Below, piece by piece: positions 34,578-41,496 of a DNA stretch of 42,837 nt; positions within the stretch are counted from its first letter, which is position 1, and each line of letters starts with the position of its first letter. Below the pieces are notes generated by a model. That model did not search any database. It was not told where the DNA came from and saw only the letters and a list, made by a program, of their open reading frames with translations. A program made the translations under genes and the position numbers. The DNA is from a virus: positions 1 through 42,837 of the IMG/VR virus record IMGVR_UViG_3300045988_062157; one strand, written 5' to 3'.

Positions 34578-34599
34578 ATGTGGGACTAAGTGTGGGAGT
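34578..34599 (+). repeat. two further copies of the GTGGGA(G/C)T arm-type motif (P' arm)
   Basis: atgtgggact 34578-34587 and gtgtgggagt 34590-34599, in the same orientation as the P-arm copies. Confidence 0.5.
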
Positions 34600-34604
34600 G
34601 AAAA

Positions 34605-35702
34605 TCAACGAATAGAGACGACTTTTTTCTGCGCTTTCTTCCTGCTCTCGCTCGCAAAACTGAGCACCTTTAACGAGGCGTTCGTGAACGCTTCATCGGA
34701 GAGGTGCGTATAAATATGCGACGTCATGGTAATTGACTTGTGTCCCAGAAAATCCTTTGCAACGTTGATCGGCACGTCGGCGGACTGCAAATCAGTCGCG
34801 TATGTATGCCGCAGGCAGTACGGCGTGAGATCGTCAGCCACGACGGATGTCGCCGGGTCGATCGCGCCGCGTACCATCTGCGCGCCCATGTCGAGGTCAA
34901 GCGCCTGTTTAAACGAGCGCCACATCTGTTTCATGGACGTTTCGGTGTGCGGCAGGCCGGTGGTCGGCTGCGTGAAGAGATAGCCGCTGTCCTGCTTCGC
35001 CCATTTCAGACGCTTGTACAGCGGATACGGGCAAGGAACGCGACGATCACCATAGTCTGTCTTGGCGCTGTGCAGCACGATAACGTGCCCCTTGAAGTCG
35101 ATATCCTCCCATCGCGCTTTCCTGGTTTCCTCTGGACGCGCTCCTGTATAGAGCATGAACACAACCCAGAGACCGGCGCGGTGCGTGCGCGCTACGTTGA
35201 AAATATGCTTGCGTTCATCCTCTGTAATCGCGCGATGTGTGCCGTTTGTGGTCTTTGGCATAACAATACCCTCTGCCGGGTCGAAAGCCACTACGCGCGA
35301 GATACGCGCCTGCTTGAAGCCCTGCCGGATAAGGTCGCGCAGCTTGCGAGCCTGTGACTGCGATTTCCCGGCGCACTCGTTCATTATCATCTGCAAGTGG
35401 ATTGTCTGCACGTCCTTTAAGCGACGATTTCCGATTGCAGGAGAGATATAGTTCTTGACGTAGGCCTCGAGCTGATGGTAGGTCTTGTCGGAGACGTTGC
35501 CTTTTTTGTACGCTTCAAGGTATTTGAAAAACCACTTATCAACGCTCGTGTTCTCGTTCACCGCGTCTACACCTTCTTCAAGGCGGCGCTTTTTCTCGTC
35601 GACTTTCCGCCAGAGTTCGCGCTCTGTCTTTGCGGTTACGTCGTACCGTTTGCCCTTGAACGTGAAGGTCTCACGGTAATAACCGTCGGCATTCTTTTTC
35701 AT
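34605..35702 (-). CDS. int: tyrosine integrase
   Basis: GGAGG precedes the ATG at 35702 (MKKNADGYYRETF...). SAM-like N-domain. Catalytic signature TGARPEE, CLRHTYAT, GHKSITMTSHIYTH. Confidence 0.9.
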   Translation of the reverse strand: MKKNADGYYRETFTFKGKRYDVTAKTERELWRKVDEKKRRLEEGVDAVNENTSVDKWFFKYLEAYKKGNVSDKTYHQLEAYVKNYISPAIGNRRLKDVQTIHLQMIMNECAGKSQSQARKLRDLIRQGFKQARISRVVAFDPAEGIVMPKTTNGTHRAITEDERKHIFNVARTHRAGLWVVFMLYTGARPEETRKARWEDIDFKGHVIVLHSAKTDYGDRRVPCPYPLYKRLKWAKQDSGYLFTQPTTGLPHTETSMKQMWRSFKQALDLDMGAQMVRGAIDPATSVVADDLTPYCLRHTYATDLQSADVPINVAKDFLGHKSITMTSHIYTHLSDEAFTNASLKVLSFASESRKKAQKKVVSIR

Positions 35703-35809
35703 TGTTGAATTTCCTCCTATTTTGTCGTATAATAAGAGGGTAGTAACGTTCCTCAAATGTACTACCCTCGAACCGCCTGCCGGATTGCCCTCCGGTGGGC
35801 GGTTTTTGC

Positions 35810-36373
35810 TTATTGCGCGCACTTTGCGCAAGGGGTATAACCCTTGTTGGAAGCGTCTGCTATTGTGGTCTGGATCGCGTTTTCGCCTGCACAGGACTGC
35901 GACAGGTGGTAACGCTTGCCGGATGGTGTGATGTAGGCGGTAGGACTTTCAGGGTCCTCTCCATCGTCCAGATGGGCGGTATAGTCATATCCGCCGATGT
36001 CGTCCTCATCGGGTTCGAGGCCATACTCCCAACAAGCGTCTTTCCAGCCTTCTTCGTATGCTTGCTGCGTCAGATCCTCAACGGAACTTTTCTCGTTCGA
36101 CAGCTCGTTATATGCGGCTTTTTCGGCGTCAAGCTGTGACTGCAAGTCTGAAATCTGCGTTTTTAGATCGCCTATCTGCGACTGCTGCTCACTTATGGTC
36201 TCAGTTGCTTCTGCGTATTTCTGCTTTGCAGGTGCGTTTTCGTCGTTCGCGATATACAACAGTATCGCAAGCACAATTACCAACATTACCAGAAATAATA
36301 TGCTGAATGATATAGCGTATTCTTTACGGTAATACTTCGCTCGCTCTTTGTCGAGCAGATCGGTTGCTTTCAC
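35810..36373 (-). CDS. membrane-anchored coiled-coil protein with C-terminal YHxxxxC...CxxC motif (lysogeny-side moron)
   Basis: TM helix ISFSILFLVMLVIVLAILLYI, heptad-like region (QIGDLKTQISDLQSQLD), C-terminus GKRYHLSQSCAG...GYTPCAKCAQ. Confidence 0.6.
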   Translation of the reverse strand: MKATDLLDKERAKYYRKEYAISFSILFLVMLVIVLAILLYIANDENAPAKQKYAEATETISEQQSQIGDLKTQISDLQSQLDAEKAAYNELSNEKSSVEDLTQQAYEEGWKDACWEYGLEPDEDDIGGYDYTAHLDDGEDPESPTAYITPSGKRYHLSQSCAGENAIQTTIADASNKGYTPCAKCAQ

Positions 36374-36426
36374 CTTGCACCCTTCCTTTACTTATGGTAA
36401 AATGTGTGTGCAAGGTCTCGCCTTGT

Positions 36427-36467
36427 AAAAATGCCTGTTTGGTGGTAGCGCACCGGCAGGCATTTTT
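36427..36467. terminator. bidirectional terminator
   Basis: aaaaatgcctg ... caggcattttt with inner ggtg/cacc pairing. Confidence 0.6.
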
Positions 36468-36776
36468 TAAATTTTTTTGTGCACTTTTTGAGATTGTATA
36501 CTTACTTTGTCAATTATGGTTTTTTGCGGGTTTTTGCTGTTTTTTACCGGTGCAGGCTTCAACAAAACATCAACAATTCTCTAAAACGTTCCGAAATCCT
36601 GCTTTTCCTGTTTCGTCCCCGTCGTTCTGTCAATTTACATTTTGCACAGTGTCAATTAGACTATACTCGTAGCTACAGCAGAGCATGCTCACCCCGAAAC
36701 GGGGCAGGCATTGGAGTTATGCATGGCGGGGTATGCTCCCGCCGCTCCTTTCCACCTAACGGAAAGCGAGGTTATC

Positions 36777-37481
36777 ATGAACGAACTCATTACTGTAAAT
36801 TACGACAACGAACAGCCGACTTTATCGGCACGTGAACTGCACGACTTTCTGGAAGTCGGCGCGAATTTCCGCCACTGGTTCCCGCGCATGTGCGAATACG
36901 GCTTTGAAGAAGGAAAAGACTTTCGGACATTTTTGACCGAAAGTTCCGGTGGCCGTCCGGCGCAGGATGCCGAAATCACCATCGACATGGCGAAGGAGCT
37001 TTGTATGCTTCAGCGCAACGACAAGGGCAAGCAGGCGCGTCAGTATTTCTTGCAGCTGGAACGCGACTGGAACAGCCCGGAAAAAGTCATGGCTCGCGCC
37101 TTGCAGATCGCACACAAGCGCATTCACACACTCTCGGAGAAGATCGAGCAGGACGCTCCCAAGGTGCTTTTCGCGGACAGCGTCGCGGCGTCGCACACGT
37201 CCATTCTGATTTTCGACCTCGCGAAGATCGTCAAGCAGAACGGCGTTGACATGGGCGGCAAGCGGCTGTTTGCATGGATGCGCGATAACGGCTATCTGGT
37301 GCGCAGACAGGGCACGGATTACAACATGCCCACACAGCGCAGCATGGAGCTCGGTTTGTTCGAGGTCAAGGAAACCAGCGTCACGCACTCCGACGGCCAT
37401 ATCAGCGTAAACAAAACGCCGAAAGTGACCGGCAAGGGTCAACAGTATTTCATTTCAAAACTGCTGGGCGAAAGGAGCTAA
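36777..37481 (+). CDS. antirepressor (AntA-like N-domain, KilAC-like C-domain)
   Basis: LSARELHDFLEVGANFRHWFPRMCEYGFEEGKDF, and LFADSVAASHTSILIFDLAKIVKQNGVDMGGKRLFAWMRDNGYL. Confidence 0.8.
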   Translation: MNELITVNYDNEQPTLSARELHDFLEVGANFRHWFPRMCEYGFEEGKDFRTFLTESSGGRPAQDAEITIDMAKELCMLQRNDKGKQARQYFLQLERDWNSPEKVMARALQIAHKRIHTLSEKIEQDAPKVLFADSVAASHTSILIFDLAKIVKQNGVDMGGKRLFAWMRDNGYLVRRQGTDYNMPTQRSMELGLFEVKETSVTHSDGHISVNKTPKVTGKGQQYFISKLLGERS

Positions 37482-37487
37482 TCACCG

Positions 37488-37754
37488 ATGGAATACGGAA
37501 ACGGACTTTACGTCAAACGCGATAAAACGACGATCAAGAGCGTTGAAGCCCTATATCACTATATCAACACGTTGCCGCTTACCAAGCACCAGCGAGGCAA
37601 GGCTATCCGCCTTGCTGAAACAGCTTTGACCAATGCCGAAAACAACGGATATCTTGTCGGCTTTGATGTAGCCGGTATGAGTGATCTTGTGTCAGCCACC
37701 GCATATTTTCTGCAAGGAGAACTGAAAGAATCCGGTATCAACACTCAACAGTAA
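37488..37754 (+). CDS. hypothetical protein (88 aa)
   Basis: Track ORF, 6 nt after the antirepressor stop. Confidence 0.55.
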   Translation: MEYGNGLYVKRDKTTIKSVEALYHYINTLPLTKHQRGKAIRLAETALTNAENNGYLVGFDVAGMSDLVSATAYFLQGELKESGINTQQ

Positions 37755-37773
37755 GTCCTGTTTATTGGACTTT
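37752..37773. repeat. 22-bp direct repeat copy 1 (taagtcctgtttattggacttt), a hairpin that also serves as a + strand terminator
   Basis: aagtcc/ggactt stem, 8-nt loop, followed by TTTT. Identical to 38980-39001. Confidence 0.9.
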
Positions 37774-37871
37774 TCAGCAAGGCTGTTTGCGTCCTCTTGA
37801 AAATCGAACAAACGTTATTTAGTACCACTTTAAGGCCGTAACAAAACGTTACACCCTTTTTATTTCGCGTA

Positions 37872-38957
37872 TCACTTCCACGGCAGAATAAACGGTTTTA
37901 TAATCCGTCCTCCGTGGTAGTTTGGTTCCGGGTCTATTGGTTCTTCAATCGCTATTGTAGTATCTGGAATCGTAAAACCGAGACCGCTTAGTTCCTCTAC
38001 CAGCTTTTGATATTTGGCGGAGTTCTGATTTTTTATACGAGTGAATCCGCTGAGAGATTTAGGACATAGGTCAGGAAGAAGATACCTTACACGGTAATAT
38101 ATACTGTGGTTTAACCTACGCTCTTTGTCGTGACGAATCCTGCGCTGCAATTCGTTGTATACTTCGATCTCGTCTTCGTCTCGATCATCAACAAACGGCC
38201 TCCAGCTTGTGTGAAGCATAGGCTGTTCTTCGCCTTTATAATAAATCCTATCTTGGTTTCTGTCGTCGAAAAAGACTATAGGGAATCGAACGAACGCGCC
38301 GTCTGGCTCTACATATCCGGTCTTTAGAATGAATTTCGGGAGTTTAGGAAAACGCCTATCATTTCCGTGCATGGTATACACACGCCCTTGATATTTGGCA
38401 GACACTGCACTTCTTCCGTTTTCCCATGGAATCAAAACAAGATCTGTGCCCATGGCCAGACAGTTGATTTTTACCTCATTGTAGATGCGGGTTCTGAGTG
38501 CAGCGCCAACCGAGATTTTATTTGAGTTTTCCTCGATTTTATGCTGCCACTCTAAGGCTTTGGAAAATCTTCCGATTTCCTCGTACCATTGCACGACGCG
38601 GTAGAAATCGTTTTCACTCCAACCGATGGGCGATTCAAACATGATTTCGGTTGCTTTCTCTATACATGCAAGTGCTAAGTCATACTTTTCAATTTTCCAC
38701 AGTCTGCTTGCATGCATCCTTAGAACATATTCCAACGAACCGGTGACACCTAAACCATCGTGCACCGATATTGAATTGTCAAAAGCAGGAACCGGAATAG
38801 ATTCAATGGACGAAACAGATGTTAAATCATGCGCTTCACCATCTACGGATATTCTTTCTGCATCGTAGATAATATCTCGATTGTCATAAAGAGCACCAGC
38901 AGGTTTTGGAAAGATGGATGATATACGTCCATTGTAAAAGTAAACCTCGTAACTCAT
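37872..38957 (-). CDS. orphan 361-aa protein (AT-rich moron, same strand as the repressor)
   Basis: Long clean ORF in a segment clearly more AT-rich than the rest of the genome. No family recognised. Confidence 0.75.
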   Translation of the reverse strand: MSYEVYFYNGRISSIFPKPAGALYDNRDIIYDAERISVDGEAHDLTSVSSIESIPVPAFDNSISVHDGLGVTGSLEYVLRMHASRLWKIEKYDLALACIEKATEIMFESPIGWSENDFYRVVQWYEEIGRFSKALEWQHKIEENSNKISVGAALRTRIYNEVKINCLAMGTDLVLIPWENGRSAVSAKYQGRVYTMHGNDRRFPKLPKFILKTGYVEPDGAFVRFPIVFFDDRNQDRIYYKGEEQPMLHTSWRPFVDDRDEDEIEVYNELQRRIRHDKERRLNHSIYYRVRYLLPDLCPKSLSGFTRIKNQNSAKYQKLVEELSGLGFTIPDTTIAIEEPIDPEPNYHGGRIIKPFILPWK

Positions 38958-38979
38958 TTTGACACTCTCCCGTGTTGCA

Positions 38980-39001
38980 TAAGTCCTGTTTATTGGACTT
39001 T
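38980..39001. repeat. 22-bp direct repeat copy 2
   Basis: Identical 22-mer taagtcctgtttattggacttt. Confidence 0.9.
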
Positions 39002-39028
39002 ACTTGTGATTAGAAAACTCGCACTTGT

Positions 39029-39046
39029 ATCGAACAATTGTTCGAT
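39029..39046. promoter_or_regulatory. perfect 18-bp palindrome atcgaacaattgttcgat upstream of the orphan gene
   Basis: Read directly. Operator-like. Confidence 0.5.
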
Positions 39047-39212
39047 ATATAATATTGTCATAACTTGACGGACGGTTTTGCTTGATATTGCCTTATATTG
39101 GTAATACCATAGTATCAAGAAAGGCAGGGAACAAAACATGGAAAATAATAAATATCCAAACTATGAGGCATTCGCCGCCTATCTCAATACATTTGAAGAA
39201 CCGGAAAAGATT

Positions 39213-39611
39213 TTATCCGGTCTGGTGGCGCTCTTGAAACCAAGTGGAAACTGCGTTGGCGATCGATCGGAGAAAGATTAAGTCCTCGTTAGACAAATCT
39301 TCGCCAGCAGGCATAATTCCTGCTGACACAAACACATCCATAATATGTTTTGCATTTATCTCTCTCGCTTTGGCTTCGGCCGGAGCGGGAGATTTTTTTA
39401 TTTCTGGATTTTCGAACTTCTCCAGATCGTCAACAGTGAATCCGAGTGCATGAACAATGGTTTTCAAAGTCCCGTATTGTGGGTCTTTGGTTTGTCCAGC
39501 GAAGATTTTATTGAGCGTTCCTTTAGGTATTCCGCACTCATCGCTGATCTGTTGCAGTGTTTTACCACTTTTTTGCTTCATTATATCCAGTGCGTCTACC
39601 AGCATTTTCAT
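39213..39611 (-). CDS. CI-like repressor (XRE-family HTH)
   Basis: KSGKTLQQISDECGIPKGTLNKIFAGQTKDP HTH. Divergent from the Cro-like gene. True start may be the second ATG, at 39605. Confidence 0.8.
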   Translation of the reverse strand: MKMLVDALDIMKQKSGKTLQQISDECGIPKGTLNKIFAGQTKDPQYGTLKTIVHALGFTVDDLEKFENPEIKKSPAPAEAKAREINAKHIMDVFVSAGIMPAGEDLSNEDLIFLRSIANAVSTWFQERHQTG

Positions 39612-39630
39612 TCCTCCTTTCTATGACTTC

Positions 39631-39659
39631 ATTATATAACTATACGCATGCAGTGTCAA
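39631..39659 (-). promoter_or_regulatory. repressor promoter: TTGACA-17 nt-TATAAT on the minus strand
   Basis: Plus-strand attata at 39631-39636 and tgtcaa at 39654-39659. Confidence 0.7.
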
Positions 39660-39667
39660 TAAAGAAA

Positions 39668-39758
39668 TTACCGAATTAGGTAAAAATATTTCCGATGCAC
39701 CATTGACAATTACCGTATTCGGTGATATTATAATAACATAGATTACCGAATATGGTAA
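39668..39758. promoter_or_regulatory. three 16-bp operators, consensus TTACCGAATATGGTAA
   Basis: ttaccgaattaggtaa 39668-39683, ttaccgtattcggtga 39710-39725, ttaccgaatatggtaa 39743-39758. Each has inverted TTACC/GGTAA half-sites. Confidence 0.75.
39703..39731 (+). promoter_or_regulatory. early rightward promoter: TTGACA-17 nt-TATTAT
   Basis: ttgaca 39703-39708, tattat 39726-39731. The middle operator fills the spacer. Confidence 0.7.
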
Positions 39759-39772
39759 CAGGAGGTGATTGT

Positions 39773-39982
39773 ATGAGATTCATTGAAAAAGAAATGCCGC
39801 GATTCAACGTGACCTACTATGATATTCAGCAGGTTATGAATTGCAGCGAAAAGACGGTACGAAACAAGATGCAAGGCATCACGGATTTTACTTACAGCGA
39901 AGCCCGTGTTATCCGAGACAAACTGTTCCCCGGTATGAATATCGAGTATCTGTTTGACCGCCATGACAACGAAAGCGCATAA
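39773..39982 (+). CDS. Cro-like early regulator (69 aa)
   Basis: GGAGGTG precedes ATG 39773. YDIQQVMNCSEKTVRNKMQG is HTH-like. First gene of the rightward operon. Confidence 0.6.
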   Translation: MRFIEKEMPRFNVTYYDIQQVMNCSEKTVRNKMQGITDFTYSEARVIRDKLFPGMNIEYLFDRHDNESA

Positions 39983-39997
39983 GCGGAGGTGAGAGCA

Positions 39998-40090
39998 ATG
40001 GATCCGGTACTGATGACGCTTAACATCGCAACAATGGTTATTCTGGCTGTGCTGGTTGTGCTGATGCGCAAGTGGTACAAGCGGAGGTGA
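39998..40090 (+). CDS. 30-aa single-TM peptide
   Basis: GGAGGTG RBS. Translation MDPVLMTLNIATMVILAVLVVLMRKWYKRR. Confidence 0.45.
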   Translation: MDPVLMTLNIATMVILAVLVVLMRKWYKRR

Positions 40091-40096
40091 ACGGCA

Positions 40097-40213
40097 ATGA
40101 AGAAAGTCAAAGAGATTTTCATGTCAGGCAGCTTTGGTATAGCGCTGTCCGGCTTCTCACTGGGGTTCTCTACTTGCGTATTGATTTGCAAGGTTTTCGA
40201 TTTACTTAAATAA
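40097..40213 (+). CDS. 38-aa hydrophobic peptide
   Basis: GGAGGTGA RBS. Translation MKKVKEIFMSGSFGIALSGFSLGFSTCVLICKVFDLLK. Confidence 0.45.
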   Translation: MKKVKEIFMSGSFGIALSGFSLGFSTCVLICKVFDLLK

Positions 40214-40420
40214 GGCGATAACCGAGACAATCAGCGAAGCAATAGCAAGTGCACGAGCAATCATAGCTTCACGCGAAGCCGCTTTGGCTTCTGTACGAGC
40301 ATCGTCGATTTGAGTTTGCGGTTTTCGGTTGGTTTCCTCCAACTGGTTCTGCATAGAATCACGGAATTCTAATTCGGCTTCCTGATTGACACGGCGAAGT
40401 TCTGAACCTAAGTGCATCAT
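40202..40420 (-). CDS. 72-aa tail-anchored coiled-coil protein, antisense to the early operon
   Basis: Minus-strand AAAGGAGG then ATGATG. Own extended -10 (TGTTATAAT; plus-strand 40443-40451). C-terminal TM helix ALAIASLIVSVIALFK. Confidence 0.55.
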   Translation of the reverse strand: MMHLGSELRRVNQEAELEFRDSMQNQLEETNRKPQTQIDDARTEAKAASREAMIARALAIASLIVSVIALFK

Positions 40421-40486
40421 ATCAACACCTCCTTTCTCAGCCATTATAACACGCTGAGAGAGGACACACAACGGAGGTGAACACCG

Positions 40487-40585
40487 ATGTATATTAACCC
40501 GTTTGTGGCGGGCGTGCTTGCCACACTGGGCGCAGAAATCGTGCTCCTTGTGCTCTACGCCGTTACGCATATGGAGCAGCACTAG
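40487..40585 (+). CDS. 32-aa TM peptide (MYINP... family, copy 1)
   Basis: GGAGGTGA RBS. Translation MYINPFVAGVLATLGAEIVLLVLYAVTHMEQH. Paralog of the N-terminus of 41189..41344. Confidence 0.5.
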   Translation: MYINPFVAGVLATLGAEIVLLVLYAVTHMEQH

Positions 40586-40725
40586 CAAAGCAAGGCGAGG
40601 CGTGGCAAAGGCAACGCGAAGCAGGACACTGCAAGGGCATAGCTGGGCAGGGCATCGCAATGGCAAAGCACAGCGTAGATACGCAACGGAATTGCAAAGC
40701 GTAGACAGGCGTTGAAATGCCGCGC
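40586..40725 (+). repeat. T-poor degenerate GGCA(A/T)AG / GCAAGG array (block 1)
   Basis: Read directly. Shares gggcatagctKgg and tagaYacgcaacgg strings with block 3. Confidence 0.6.
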
Positions 40726-40769
40726 AAGGGCAAACAAATGGCAAACAAATGGCAGTCCAAGGGCAAACC
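40726..40769 (+). repeat. four phased 11-bp iterons AA(G/T)GGCA(A/G)(A/T)C(A/C)
   Basis: aagggcaaaca, aatggcaaaca, aatggcagtcc, aagggcaaacc in exact tandem. Confidence 0.85.
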
Positions 40770-40785
40770 AAGAGGAGGGAAGAAC

Positions 40786-41022
40786 ATGGAGGAACGGAGC
40801 TACAAGGAACTGCGGCAGGAAGTGAAAAACGACCTGATACGGATGTACGGCGGCGCGGTGCTTTTAACGCTCGAACAGTGCATGAAAGTGTACGGTTTGA
40901 CGGACAGAGACGCTGCAAAGAAGGTTATTCGTGCACCGAGGGTTCTCGGTGAAAGACGGGTGGTTTACTACATCGGCGACGTTGCAAGCGACATCGCAAA
41001 GCGGCGCGTCGGGAACGTCTGA
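40786..41022 (+). CDS. 78-aa putative DNA-binding protein (excisionase/HTH_17-like, tentative)
   Basis: AGGAGGG RBS. LLTLEQCMKVYGLTDRDAAKKVIRAP...RRVVYYIGDVASDIAKRR. Flanked on both sides by the 11-bp iterons. Confidence 0.45.
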   Translation: MEERSYKELRQEVKNDLIRMYGGAVLLTLEQCMKVYGLTDRDAAKKVIRAPRVLGERRVVYYIGDVASDIAKRRVGNV

Positions 41023-41097
41023 GGGCAAACCGAGGGCAGTCCAAGGGCAAACAAAGGGCAGACCGAGGGCAGTCCGAGGGCAGACAAAGGGCAACAG
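41021..41097 (+). repeat. seven phased 11-bp iterons (G/A)AGGGCA(A/G)(A/T/C)(C/A)(C/A/G)
   Basis: gagggcaaacc gagggcagtcc aagggcaaaca aagggcagacc gagggcagtcc gagggcagaca aagggcaacag. Only 2 T in 77 nt. Confidence 0.9.
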
Positions 41098-41188
41098 AAG
41101 AAGAAGGCAATAAAGCAATACAGCAATAACTACTCTCTCTCACTAACGTTCGAGAGAGTAGGACGCACACACGACAGGAGGAAAAATC

Positions 41189-41344
41189 ATGGTTATCAAC
41201 CCCGTTTTATTCGGCGTACTCGCCTGCATCTTCGCGCAGCTCGTGCTGCTGTTCGGGTGGGGCTTTTACCACCGCGTTCTCAAGGACGAGCTGCACAAGC
41301 GCATTCAGCGCATGGCTCGACTGCCGATGAACACGCGCCGATGA
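41189..41344 (+). CDS. 51-aa TM peptide (MVINP... family, copy 2)
   Basis: AGGAGG RBS. Translation MVINPVLFGVLACIFAQLVLLFGWGFYHRVLKDELHKRIQRMARLPMNTRR. Confidence 0.5.
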   Translation: MVINPVLFGVLACIFAQLVLLFGWGFYHRVLKDELHKRIQRMARLPMNTRR

Positions 41345-41496
41345 CCGACGGCATCAGGCGGCGGAACGTAATCCGCGAGATGCAGAAACGCACGATCGGC
41401 GAGGCGCTTTACTCGAAGAAGATCGGCAGGAAGCCGAACGCAAGCGCTAAGAAAATCGGCGTACTGCCTGCACGGCAAGGGCAAAGCAGGGCATAG
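41341..41496 (+). CDS. 51-aa basic protein, translationally coupled (ATGA)
   Basis: Translation MTDGIRRRNVIREMQKRTIGEALYSKKIGRKPNASAKKIGVLPARQGQSRA. Confidence 0.4.
   Translation: MTDGIRRRNVIREMQKRTIGEALYSKKIGRKPNASAKKIGVLPARQGQSRA

Noticed and set aside
39138-39278. A 46-codon + strand ORF (MENNKYPNYEAFAAYLNTFEEPEKIL...) between the orphan gene and the repressor
   Set aside because: It has a weak ribosome-binding site and its last roughly 65 nt run antisense into the 3' end of the repressor gene. It is more likely a gene remnant or a chance ORF.
40421-40918. The 238-aa minus-strand ORF 40202..40918
   Set aside because: Only its last 72 codons (from the SD-preceded ATG at 40420) look real. 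The upstream part runs antisense through the 11-bp-period and GGCA arrays and through a + strand gene. It translates to repetitive Cys/Pro/Leu/Ala strings.
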